A stretch of 64,000 nt of DNA from an uncultured Helicobacter sp. (GCA_964482285.1 CAYZWZ010000001.1:53521-117520), one strand, 5' to 3'; numbered from the stretch's first letter, positions 39,180-47,868 are shown. Numbers and translations: made by a program. The notes: generated from the letters alone by a model not told the origin.

Positions 39180-39554
39180 TTATTTTTTAAAAAAAGGTGC
39201 TAACTTTTCTTTTAATGTTGGAGCATTAAAAGGTTTAACAATATAATTATTTACACCTGCTTTTAGTGCTGTAATAACTTCGCTTTTTCCACCTTCTGTA
39301 GTAATCATTAATGTAGGAGTCTTTTTATGTTGACTACCTTCACTTCTTATATGTTTAACTAGTTCTAAACCATTCATATTAGGCATATTCCAATCTGTTA
39401 AGATAACATCATATTTATTTTTTTGACATAAATCCCAAGCTACAACACCATCTTCAGCTTCATCGAAATCTTCTTTTTTTACACCTAATTGTTGAACTAC
39501 ATTTCCTATAATCCTTCTCATTGTTGAACTATCATCTACAATTAAAATTTTCAT
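39180..39554 (-). CDS. cheY: Chemotaxis response regulator CheY
   Basis: 124-aa single receiver domain: DD...D(W)NMP, T, KP residues (ILIVDDSSTMRR, ILTDWNMPNMNG, YIVKPF). Confidence 0.9.
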   Translation of the reverse strand: MKILIVDDSSTMRRIIGNVVQQLGVKKEDFDEAEDGVVAWDLCQKNKYDVILTDWNMPNMNGLELVKHIRSEGSQHKKTPTLMITTEGGKSEVITALKAGVNNYIVKPFNAPTLKEKLAPFFKK

Positions 39555-39724
39555 ACTACATTCCTTATAAATATTTTATTTTAATATTATATTTAATTTT
39601 ACATTAAATTATCTATAATATTTTTGTAATTTATATTATTAGTTATATTTAGTAAGTAAAAAGTTTTATTTAAAAGTAATTTTGCTAAAATAAAGTAATT
39701 ATAAGTTAATTAGAAGGATTTTTC

Positions 39725-40513
39725 ATGGTAAGAGGATTATATACAGCAGCTGCAGGGATGAATGTTCAGCAAAACAATATTGATGTTACTTCAAATAATA
39801 TTTCAAATGTAAATACAACTGCATTTAAAAAAGATAGAGCAGAATTTGCTGACCTTATGTATCAATCCTTAAATTATACTGCAAATGCAACTAGTGAAAA
39901 TACTAATAACCCAACAGGGATTGATGTAGGACTTGGTGTTAGAATATCTGGTATTCAAAAAAGTTTTATTCAAGGTAGTTTAAAACAAACTGGAAATGAC
40001 TTAGATATTGCTATTCAAGGAAAAGGTTTTTTTCAAATTACAACTCCAGATGGAGAAACATCTTATTCTAGAAATGGATCTTTTAAAAAAGATGTTGATG
40101 GTGCTTTAGTTACAGCTCAAGGATTTAAACTAAATCCTGAAATTGTGATACCTTCTAATCTTACAAATGTATCAATTGCTCAAGATGGAACTGTTTCTGC
40201 TATGAATCCAGCAGATGGGGTTATAACACAACTTGGACAAATTACACTTGTTGATTTTGTCAATCCTGCTGGTCTTGCTCCAAAAGGAAATGGACTATAT
40301 AGTGCAACATCAACATCAGGTGATGCTATAGAGGGAAATGCAGGAACTGAAGCTTTTGGTTCGCTTCAACAAGGTATGTTAGAATCATCAAATGTTAAAC
40401 TAGTAAATGCAATGGTAGATCTAATAACAGCTCAAAGAGCATATGAAGCAAACTCTAAAGCTCTTACAACAACAGATCAAATGTTACAACAAGTGAATCA
40501 ATTAAAAAGATAA
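39725..40513 (+). CDS. flgG: Flagellar distal rod protein FlgG
   Basis: N-terminus GLYTAAAGMNVQQNNIDVTSNNISNVNTTAFKKD and C-terminus LITAQRAYEANSKALTTTDQMLQQVNQLKR; 262 aa. Confidence 0.93.
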   Translation: MVRGLYTAAAGMNVQQNNIDVTSNNISNVNTTAFKKDRAEFADLMYQSLNYTANATSENTNNPTGIDVGLGVRISGIQKSFIQGSLKQTGNDLDIAIQGKGFFQITTPDGETSYSRNGSFKKDVDGALVTAQGFKLNPEIVIPSNLTNVSIAQDGTVSAMNPADGVITQLGQITLVDFVNPAGLAPKGNGLYSATSTSGDAIEGNAGTEAFGSLQQGMLESSNVKLVNAMVDLITAQRAYEANSKALTTTDQMLQQVNQLKR

Positions 40514-40524
40514 GCTAAATTAAT

Positions 40525-40980
40525 ATGAATTTAGAGGAATTAAAAAGACGACGAGAAGAGAATATATTAAAACATAAGCAAAAAAAGAAAGCTTATTATT
40601 TAAAAAAGAAACTTCAAAATCAAGATAAAGAGATAAAAGCAAAAAAGAAATCTTTAATTGATTTTGATAATGAATTATTCTCTGGTTCAATAGAAGATTT
40701 TAATCTTAAGATAAAAGATATTATAAAAAAGCAAAAAGCTCATATTACTAATCGTGAAGATATTATTATGCAAAGAGTTGCTGATTATAAACAAAAAAAA
40801 CAAGAGTATTATGAAAAAAATAAAGAAAAAAGACTTCAATACGATAAAGAATATAGACAAAAAAAGAAAGAAGATCTAAAAAAATATCGTAAAGAATATT
40901 ATGAAAAAAATAAAGAAAAAATACTAGCTCGACAAAAAGAAAATAGATTGAAAAATAAAGAGAAAATTAATGGCAACTGA
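40525..40980 (+). CDS. Hypothetical 151-aa lysine-rich coiled-coil protein with internal YYEKNKEK repeat
   Basis: Starts 12 nt after flgG; 11-nt overlap with the next ORF. About 35% Lys. No TM or signal peptide. Confidence 0.5.
   Translation: MNLEELKRRREENILKHKQKKKAYYLKKKLQNQDKEIKAKKKSLIDFDNELFSGSIEDFNLKIKDIIKKQKAHITNREDIIMQRVADYKQKKQEYYEKNKEKRLQYDKEYRQKKKEDLKKYRKEYYEKNKEKILARQKENRLKNKEKINGN
40807..40921 (+). repeat. 25-nt perfect direct repeat (tattatgaaaaaaataaagaaaaaa) at 40807..40831 and 40897..40921
   Basis: Read directly. The 90-nt period is in frame and encodes YYEKNKEK twice. Confidence 0.9.
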
Positions 40981-42439
40981 CTTATCTAGTATTATAAAAG
41001 AGACTATATATTCAACACTTGAAATAACATTAAGTACACCTATTGAAGAGCTAGGTATATATACATGTAATCAAGACTGTCTAAATGGCAAAAATATTGT
41101 ATCTATATCCTCTTCCTTTACATTTGAAAGTTTAACTACAAGCATAGAGTTCATTTTCCCTGCTTATTTTGCCTCTTATACATTTAATACTATGATGATG
41201 GAAGAAGCTGAACCATCAGGAGAGATTGATGATGAAATTGCAGATGCATTAAAAGAAGTAGCAGCACAAATATCTGGTAGTTTAGAAACAGCAATTAATA
41301 GTGTTGATGATAATACTTTAGGTACTTGTAAATATAGTGCTGGTGAGGTTAAGATTGATAAGGGAGACAACTTTGCAGATGTTGTTAACTTAATTCTTAT
41401 AAATTTTAAGACAAACGAAAAAGAGTTTGAACTTTTTTTAAATTTTGATGATGAAATTTCCTCTTATATAGAAGAGTTTTTAAATAAAGATTTAAAAATA
41501 TTAGAAATAGCTCCTTTAGAAAACAATGATCAAGAATCAGAGCAAATAGAAGTAGAAAATAAAGAGAATAAATCTGATGAACAAATTGAAGTAGATAAAA
41601 AAGAAGAAGCTCAAGAAAAATCTGAACAGATAGAAGTTGATGAAGAAAAAAATGAAAATGATACTACAAAAGAAGAGCTTAAAAATGAAGATGATAATTT
41701 AGCAATAGATGAAGAAGATGAACAGGAAGCAAAAAAAAATAAAAAGATAAAAATAGCTATAATAGCTGTTGCTTCTATACTAGTACTTATACTAATAACA
41801 TTTGGAACATTATATTTTACTGGTTTCTTTGATCCAGCTCCTATAGTACAGAAAAAAGAAAAACCTAAACCAAGCCCTCAAGATTTAGTATTAGCTAATA
41901 TCAAAAATAAACAAATAACTTATAGTTCAGATATGATTGATGTTAAAAAATTAAATAAAAGACTTGCATTACTAACTAAATATGAGATTTTAGAAGAAGA
42001 TATTTTAGAAGAGTATAAAAGACTTGAAAAAGAGAGACTATATAAACTAAAAATGCAAAGTTTAGAAGAGTTTGCCTTAAAAAATAAAGAGGAATCAATA
42101 TTTAAAAATGATCTTATAAAAAATAAACAAATCAAAAATAGATTTGATAATAATGAAACTAATAGCTCATCTATACAGTATAAAAAAGATAATGAAATAA
42201 TAACTCTTATACAAATAGATGCCCTTATTTACAATAGATATACAAAAGCAATAAATAAAGAAAAAACAAAATCTACAGCAATATCTATGTGTAAAAATAA
42301 AGAAGATAAAACATATGTATATATAGGACCACTTTATATAAATACACTTATTAATAATATAATAAAAAAAGTTGGTAAAAAAGATGCTAAGCTAATAAGA
42401 ATAAAAAGAAAAGAGTTTGATAAGATGTGTGATTTTTAA
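40970..42439 (+). CDS. Membrane-anchored protein with FliY/CheC-like N-terminal domain, acidic repeats, one TM and a predicted periplasmic C-terminal region
   Basis: The N-terminal ~170 aa align by eye with the FliY-type protein at 25704..26564: MA[ST]D[IL]SSII, and IDDEI.DA.KE..A.I.G.L.T.IN. TM IKIAIIAVASILVLILITFGTLYF preceded by KKNKK. Confidence 0.6.
   Translation: MATDLSSIIKETIYSTLEITLSTPIEELGIYTCNQDCLNGKNIVSISSSFTFESLTTSIEFIFPAYFASYTFNTMMMEEAEPSGEIDDEIADALKEVAAQISGSLETAINSVDDNTLGTCKYSAGEVKIDKGDNFADVVNLILINFKTNEKEFELFLNFDDEISSYIEEFLNKDLKILEIAPLENNDQESEQIEVENKENKSDEQIEVDKKEEAQEKSEQIEVDEEKNENDTTKEELKNEDDNLAIDEEDEQEAKKNKKIKIAIIAVASILVLILITFGTLYFTGFFDPAPIVQKKEKPKPSPQDLVLANIKNKQITYSSDMIDVKKLNKRLALLTKYEILEEDILEEYKRLEKERLYKLKMQSLEEFALKNKEESIFKNDLIKNKQIKNRFDNNETNSSSIQYKKDNEIITLIQIDALIYNRYTKAINKEKTKSTAISMCKNKEDKTYVYIGPLYINTLINNIIKKVGKKDAKLIRIKRKEFDKMCDF
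41537..41650 (+). repeat. Three imperfect in-frame repeats encoding S(D)EQIEV[ED] separated by K/E-rich spacers
   Basis: tcagagcaaatagaagta / tctgatgaacaaattgaagta / tctgaacagatagaagtt read directly. Confidence 0.8.
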
Positions 42440-42471
42440 TCGCATATCTTATAATAAATTAAAATAAAATA

Positions 42472-42999
42472 TTAGCTATTTTCTAATATATCTTTACTAT
42501 TTTTAGTAGTGATCTTTTTATTTTCTATATCTACATCTATAATATAATTATCATTATATGGTAGTAAAAAAGTTTTAACTTTAAAATCATCATTTAAAAG
42601 ATCTTCTGAAGTTTTTATCTCAAAGTAATCATCACTTGGATATCTATGAATATCTACTATTTCACCTAAGAATTCATCGTTTTCATATATTTTACAATTT
42701 TCTAAATCAAACCAAAAATATTGTTTCTCTTGTAAATTACAATCTTTTTTTGTTTGTTCTATACTTGTGAAAAGTTGTGAATTAATATACTTTTTTGCAT
42801 CTTCAATTGTATCTATACCTACAAATTTTACTGTTTTATTTGACATATTTATAGATTCTATTGTAAGTGTTTTATTTTTATTTGTAGTAAAAGTAGCATT
42901 ATTTTTAAATTGTTCTGGAAAATCTGAATCAATATGGATTTTCAAAAAACCTTTTAAACCAACAGTTTTACCTAATTTTGCAATATATATTTTATCCAT
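42472..42999 (-). CDS. rimM: 16S rRNA processing protein RimM
   Basis: IAKLGKTVGLKGFLKIH N-terminal motif, PRC-barrel C-domain, rpsP-KH-rimM gene order. Confidence 0.85.
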   Translation of the reverse strand: MDKIYIAKLGKTVGLKGFLKIHIDSDFPEQFKNNATFTTNKNKTLTIESINMSNKTVKFVGIDTIEDAKKYINSQLFTSIEQTKKDCNLQEKQYFWFDLENCKIYENDEFLGEIVDIHRYPSDDYFEIKTSEDLLNDDFKVKTFLLPYNDNYIIDVDIENKKITTKNSKDILENS

Positions 43000-43022
43000 T
43001 TTATTTTCCTATATTTTTTAAT

Positions 43023-43057
43023 AAAAAAAAAGTAAAGCCATAAGCTTTACTTTTTTT
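43023..43057 (-). terminator. Terminator-like hairpin between the KH-domain gene and rimM (possible intra-operon attenuator)
   Basis: 8-bp stem agtaaagc/gctttact (43031..43038 and 43044..43051) with a 5-nt loop, flanked by A8 and T7. It overlaps the stop codon of the KH gene. Confidence 0.45.
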
Positions 43058-43286
43058 CTATTTGTATTTTATATGATATATTATCTTTTGATTTACATCC
43101 ATTAAGGATAGTCCTTAATGAATTTATCATATTACCATTTTTACCAATAAGCTTACCTATGTCCTCTTCGTTGGCAAAAACAGTAATTTCACAAAATGAT
43201 TCATCTATCATTTTTGATTGAACACTTATATCATCTTTATTGTTTACTATTAGTTTACAATAAGATTCTATAAAATTATTCATCAT
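43047..43286 (-). CDS. KH-domain RNA-binding protein (YlqC-like)
   Basis: 79 aa. GKLIGKNGNMINSLRTI is a KH GxxG motif. Conserved position after rpsP. Confidence 0.75.
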   Translation of the reverse strand: MMNNFIESYCKLIVNNKDDISVQSKMIDESFCEITVFANEEDIGKLIGKNGNMINSLRTILNGCKSKDNISYKIQIEKK

Positions 43287-43291
43287 TTAAA

Positions 43292-43525
43292 TTACTTTTT
43301 AACACCTGTAAGTTTTGCAACTTTTTCGCTAGGTTGAGCACCAACGCTTAACCAATAATCTAATCTTTCTTGATCAAATTTTAATACTTTTGGCTCAACT
43401 ACTGGGTTGTAGTAACCAATTGATTCAATCCAACCTGAATCTCTTCTTTTTCTGCTATCTGTTACAACGATTCTGTAAAATGGTTTTTTGTTTCTTCCCA
43501 TTCTTGTTAATCTAATTACTGTCAT
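43292..43525 (-). CDS. rpsP: 30S ribosomal protein S16
   Basis: [37 protein letters not shown] is the canonical S16 sequence. Confidence 0.95.
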   Translation of the reverse strand: MTVIRLTRMGRNKKPFYRIVVTDSRKRRDSGWIESIGYYNPVVEPKVLKFDQERLDYWLSVGAQPSEKVAKLTGVKK

Positions 43526-43555
43526 GTTTAATCCTTTTGTTTTGTTTTACTTTAT

Positions 43556-43596
43556 GTTAAGTGCTAAAGAGAAATGATTTCACCTTAGCACTTAAC
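43556..43596 (-). other. 12-bp perfect hairpin between ffh and rpsP (no U-tract)
   Basis: gttaagtgctaa (43556..43567) pairs with ttagcacttaac (43585..43596). The 17-nt loop can form a further 4-bp inner stem. Confidence 0.5.
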
Positions 43597-43611
43597 ACTT
43601 AAGATTTTAAT

Positions 43612-44964
43612 TTATCTTGGTATTTGCCCCATACCATTGCCACCCATTTGTGCCATCATCTTTTGCATATCTTTCATGCCACCTTTTCCAGCTAACTTTT
43701 TAGCCATTTTAGATGCATTTTTAAATTGCTTTAATATTTTATTGATTTGTACTTCACTAAGTCCAGACCCTTTAGCCATTCTTTTCTTTCTGCTTGGATT
43801 TATTATAGATGGAGTTTCTCTCTCTTTTTTAGTCATAGATGAAATAAGTGCTTTTATATTTTTGATCTCATCAGAGTTTTCTAAATCTGCATCTTTTAGT
43901 TTATTTGCCATTCCTGACATACCTGGAATCATACCCATAATAGATTTCATAGATCCTAATTTTTTCATCATCTCAAGTTGCTCTAAAAAGTCATTAAAGT
44001 TAAATTCACCTTTTTTGATCTTTTTTGTTACTGCTTTTGCTTTTTTCTCATCAATTACAGCACTAGCTCTTTCAGCTAATCCTTCAACATCTCCAGCACC
44101 CATAAGTCTTGATACAATTCTATCAGGGATGAATACTTCAAGATTTTCCATCTTTTCACCCATACCAACAAATCTAAGCCCTACATTTGTTTGGTGAGCA
44201 ATAGATATAGCTACCCCACCTTTTGTATCACCATCAAATTTAGATAAAATTACACCATCTATTCCAATTTGATCTTTAAAAGATGCTGCTGTTTTAGTAG
44301 CTTCATGTCCTGTTAGGGCATCTGCTACATAAAAAATCTCATCTGGATTTATAGCTTCTTTTATCTCTTTTAGCTGATTCATAAGCTCTTCATCAATTGA
44401 TAATCGACCAGCTGTATCTACTAAAAGAACATCATATAGCTCATCTGTTGCTTTTTTCTTTGCATTTTTTACAACTTTTACAGGATCTGTTTCATTATCA
44501 TCAAAATAAACATCAACTTCAATTTGAGCACCAATTTGTTTTAGTTGTTCAACAGCTGCTAGTCTTTGTAAATCCGCAGCACAAATAAGAACTTTTTTCT
44601 TTCTTTGTTTTAAATAAAGTGCTAATTTACCAGTAGTTGTTGTTTTACCACTACCTTGAAGACCTGTCATAAGAATAGTTGTAAGTGGTGTTGAAGCAAA
44701 TACAAAACCTTGGTTACCTTCAACTGTTAAAATATTTGTAAGGTTATTTTGTAATGCTTTTAAAAACGAATCTTGCCCTATACCATTTTGTTTAGTTTGA
44801 ATTTCAATATTTTTAACTAATTCTTTTGTAGTTTTATGATGAACATCTGCTTTTAATAGTGATTTTTTAAGTTCACCAATAGCTTTAGTAAGTGCTTTTG
44901 CATCATCTTTATGTCTTATTTTACCTACAACTGTTTTAAAAGAATTTGTTAATGTACTAAACAA
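43612..44964 (-). CDS. ffh: Signal recognition particle protein Ffh
   Basis: NG domain (GLQGSGKTTTTGKLA, DTAGRL, SKFDGD) and Met-rich M domain. Confidence 0.95.
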   Translation of the reverse strand: MFSTLTNSFKTVVGKIRHKDDAKALTKAIGELKKSLLKADVHHKTTKELVKNIEIQTKQNGIGQDSFLKALQNNLTNILTVEGNQGFVFASTPLTTILMTGLQGSGKTTTTGKLALYLKQRKKKVLICAADLQRLAAVEQLKQIGAQIEVDVYFDDNETDPVKVVKNAKKKATDELYDVLLVDTAGRLSIDEELMNQLKEIKEAINPDEIFYVADALTGHEATKTAASFKDQIGIDGVILSKFDGDTKGGVAISIAHQTNVGLRFVGMGEKMENLEVFIPDRIVSRLMGAGDVEGLAERASAVIDEKKAKAVTKKIKKGEFNFNDFLEQLEMMKKLGSMKSIMGMIPGMSGMANKLKDADLENSDEIKNIKALISSMTKKERETPSIINPSRKKRMAKGSGLSEVQINKILKQFKNASKMAKKLAGKGGMKDMQKMMAQMGGNGMGQIPR

Positions 44965-45130
44965 TATATGACCTTTCGTTTTAAATATTAACGCAATTAT
45001 AACTAAAGAAAACTTAATACTATTTTAAACTAAACAATATAAATCCCTATAATTAGGGCTTTATTTAGTAATAATTAATTTTAATTTAAGTTTATGTTCC
45101 AAATTTCATAATTTATGCTATAATTTCTTT

Positions 45131-46714
45131 ATGAATAAAAGCTTTAATGAACAACTAAACACCATATTAAATTGTGATATAAAATCACTATACCCAGTAG
45201 CAAGACAGATGAAAAGAAAACTTTATTTTTTTGTTGGACCTACAAATTCAGGAAAAACTTACTCTGCTATGCAAGAACTAATCAAAGCAGATACAGGAAC
45301 TTATTTAGCACCACTTAGACTTCTTGCTTTAGAAAACCATGAATATTTAAACAATAATAACACTCCATCTTCACTTATAACAGGAGAAGAGCAAAGATTA
45401 AATGAAGATGCATTTCATATGTGTAGTACAATTGAGATGTTAAATTTTTCATTACAAACTGATGTATGTGTAATTGATGAAGTACAAATGTTAGAAGATG
45501 AAGATAGAGGCTGGGCATGGGTAAATGCAATATTAGGTGCTCCATCAAACAAAGTTATAATGACAGGATCAGTAAGTGCAATTGATAGTATTAAAAAAAT
45601 TGCCTCTTATTTAGGTGAAGAGTTAGTAATAAAAAAATTTAAAAGAAAAAATCCTTTAGAGGTTATGGCTAAACCTACACCAATGAAAGATATTCAAAAA
45701 GGAACTGCACTTATTGCCTTTTCTAGAAATGATGTTTTAAAATTAAAATCTAAACTTTCAAAGTTTTTTAATGTTTCAGTTTTATATGGAAACCTAAGCC
45801 CAGAAGTAAGAACTCAAGAAGCAGCTAGATTTAGAAGTGGTCAAACTGATATATTAATTGCAACTGATGCAATTGCTATGGGATTAAATCTTCCTATTAA
45901 AACTATAATATTTACAACAGATACAAAGTTTGATGGAATAAGCAAAAGGAAACTCCTTCCAAAAGAGATTATACAAATAGCTGGTCGTGCTGGAAGATAT
46001 GGACATCATGAAAAAGGTTTTTTAGGTGCTATGAATAATACTCATCTAAAACATATAAATAGTGCTTTTCATACTCCAATAAAAACTATAAAACCACCTT
46101 TTAAAGTAAAAGCAACTTTAGAACAAATTGAACAGCTAAGTACTTATCTTCAGACAAAATCATTAGAAAAGATATTAAAATTCTTCTCTTTAAATATGAA
46201 ATTTTCAGGTCCTTTTATCGCTTCTAATATTGGTGATATGATTAACTTATCAAAAATACTTGATAAAAAAAAGAATTTAAGTTTAGAACAAAAATATATA
46301 TTATCTCAAGCTCCAATAAATACCAGATCTCCTCTTATAAAAGATGCCTACTTTAGATATATAAATGCAGTCTTAAATAATAAACCGTTTAAATATGTAT
46401 CTTTAGTAAATACAAATAAAAAAGCAAAAAATAGTGATGACCTGTTAAAAGCTGAAGATGAAGTAAAGAAAATTTCACTTTATTTATGGCTTTCATATAA
46501 ACTTCCTGATGTTTTTATAGATATTGATTATGCAAATAAAATGAGAGTAAAAGTAAATAAATATTGTGAAGATAGCTTAAAACTAAAACTAAAAGATAGT
46601 ATCAGAAATAAAAAGTATCAAAATAATAATAGAAATTCAAGAAGAGATAAAAATAATAGCTCTAATGAAAAAAAATTACATAAAATTGACAAAAAAGCTA
46701 GATCAAGGCGTTAG
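45131..46714 (+). CDS. Suv3-like superfamily-2 RNA helicase with basic K/R/N-rich C-terminal tail
   Basis: FFVGPTNSGKTY Walker A, VIDEVQM (DExx), PLRLLALE, and helicase C motifs IATDAIAMGLNLP and QIAGRAGR. Confidence 0.75.
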   Translation: MNKSFNEQLNTILNCDIKSLYPVARQMKRKLYFFVGPTNSGKTYSAMQELIKADTGTYLAPLRLLALENHEYLNNNNTPSSLITGEEQRLNEDAFHMCSTIEMLNFSLQTDVCVIDEVQMLEDEDRGWAWVNAILGAPSNKVIMTGSVSAIDSIKKIASYLGEELVIKKFKRKNPLEVMAKPTPMKDIQKGTALIAFSRNDVLKLKSKLSKFFNVSVLYGNLSPEVRTQEAARFRSGQTDILIATDAIAMGLNLPIKTIIFTTDTKFDGISKRKLLPKEIIQIAGRAGRYGHHEKGFLGAMNNTHLKHINSAFHTPIKTIKPPFKVKATLEQIEQLSTYLQTKSLEKILKFFSLNMKFSGPFIASNIGDMINLSKILDKKKNLSLEQKYILSQAPINTRSPLIKDAYFRYINAVLNNKPFKYVSLVNTNKKAKNSDDLLKAEDEVKKISLYLWLSYKLPDVFIDIDYANKMRVKVNKYCEDSLKLKLKDSIRNKKYQNNNRNSRRDKNNSSNEKKLHKIDKKARSRR

Positions 46715-46767
46715 ATTAACCTATACTTAAGCAATGAGCTGTTAATATTTTTCCATAAGGAATTATT

Positions 46768-47868
46768 ATGTATAGGTATTTTATTGCAATTTTAATCACA
46801 TCGGTATTTTTTATTTCGTGTCAAGACAAACCAAAAGAAACTTTAAATATAGGTTTTGTTGCAGGGCTAACTGGTAAATACTCCAGTTTAGGTAGAGATA
46901 TAAGAGATGGCTTTATGTTAGCATTTGATGAGATTAACTATACAATTAATGATGTAAAAGTAAATATCATACAAAATGATGATAAACAAGATCCTAAAGT
47001 TGCTAAACAAATAGCACAAGATTTAATAAAAAAAGATGTAAAGCTAATTGTTGGAAATGCAACTAGTTCTATGACTAGAATTACTCTAAATGAATTAAAA
47101 GATAAAAATGACTTTTTATTAGCTTCTGTAACTGCTAGTGCTAGTGAATTTTCTAAAATTGATGATAATTTTATACGTATCCAAGTTGAACATAATGAAA
47201 AAAGATATGGAGCTTTAAAAGAGTATATTAAAAAACATAATATTAAAAAAGTATTCTATATATTTGATGATAATAATATAAACTATACAAAAGGCTATTT
47301 TGAGTTTTTTCAAGATATTTTACTTCACACAGGTGGAGAGAAATTTGTAGGTACAGATACAATTAAAAATGGATATAAAAAGAATATTGAAAAATTAAAA
47401 AATACTGACTTTGATATGGTTTTAATTGCAGCAAACTCTTTTGATACTGCAAATTTAATACAACACTTAAGAATAGCAAATATAAATAAACCTGTTTTAA
47501 TATCAGGTTGGGCAAATACAAATGATTTTATTGAATTTGGTGGAAAGTCAATAGAGGGTGCAATAGTAAGTACTGGTTATTATAAATATTCAAACGAGAA
47601 AGCTTATTTAGATTTTGTTAAAAAATTTAAAGCTAAATATAATCAAGAGCCATCTGTATTTTCCCTTCAAGGTTATGAAATGGCAAAAATCTTAATTAAA
47701 AATTTAAAAAAGACTACAGATATATCAAAACTAAAAGATTTAATACTAAAAGAGAAAACATATCATGGTCTTCAAGGAGATATAACATTTAATAAATATG
47801 GTGATGTTAATAGAAAATATTTTATGATGCAAATTAAAAATGGTAAATTTAAAAGAATAACTGAGTAA
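46768..47868 (+). CDS. Periplasmic substrate-binding lipoprotein (LivJ/Peripla_BP_6-like ABC solute receptor)
   Basis: Lipobox FFISC. GFVAGLTGKYSSLGRD N-terminal motif typical of branched-chain amino acid type binding proteins. Confidence 0.7.
   Translation: MYRYFIAILITSVFFISCQDKPKETLNIGFVAGLTGKYSSLGRDIRDGFMLAFDEINYTINDVKVNIIQNDDKQDPKVAKQIAQDLIKKDVKLIVGNATSSMTRITLNELKDKNDFLLASVTASASEFSKIDDNFIRIQVEHNEKRYGALKEYIKKHNIKKVFYIFDDNNINYTKGYFEFFQDILLHTGGEKFVGTDTIKNGYKKNIEKLKNTDFDMVLIAANSFDTANLIQHLRIANINKPVLISGWANTNDFIEFGGKSIEGAIVSTGYYKYSNEKAYLDFVKKFKAKYNQEPSVFSLQGYEMAKILIKNLKKTTDISKLKDLILKEKTYHGLQGDITFNKYGDVNRKYFMMQIKNGKFKRITE

Noticed and set aside
9840-39724. Sigma54 (GG-N10-GC) and sigma28 (TAAA-N15-GCCGATAA) promoters expected from Campylobacter/Helicobacter flagellar regulation
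   Set aside because: I read every intergenic gap over 50 nt in the cluster on the coding strand. The only GG dinucleotides are in SD-like AGGA elements next to start codons, and there is no CGATA-type -10. So no alternative-sigma promoters are reported, and this absence is noted as a finding.
43637-44197. 186-aa plus-strand ORF antisense to ffh
   Set aside because: It is a mirror-frame artefact of a strongly supported gene. It has an F/I/S/L-rich low-complexity translation, no SD and no motif.
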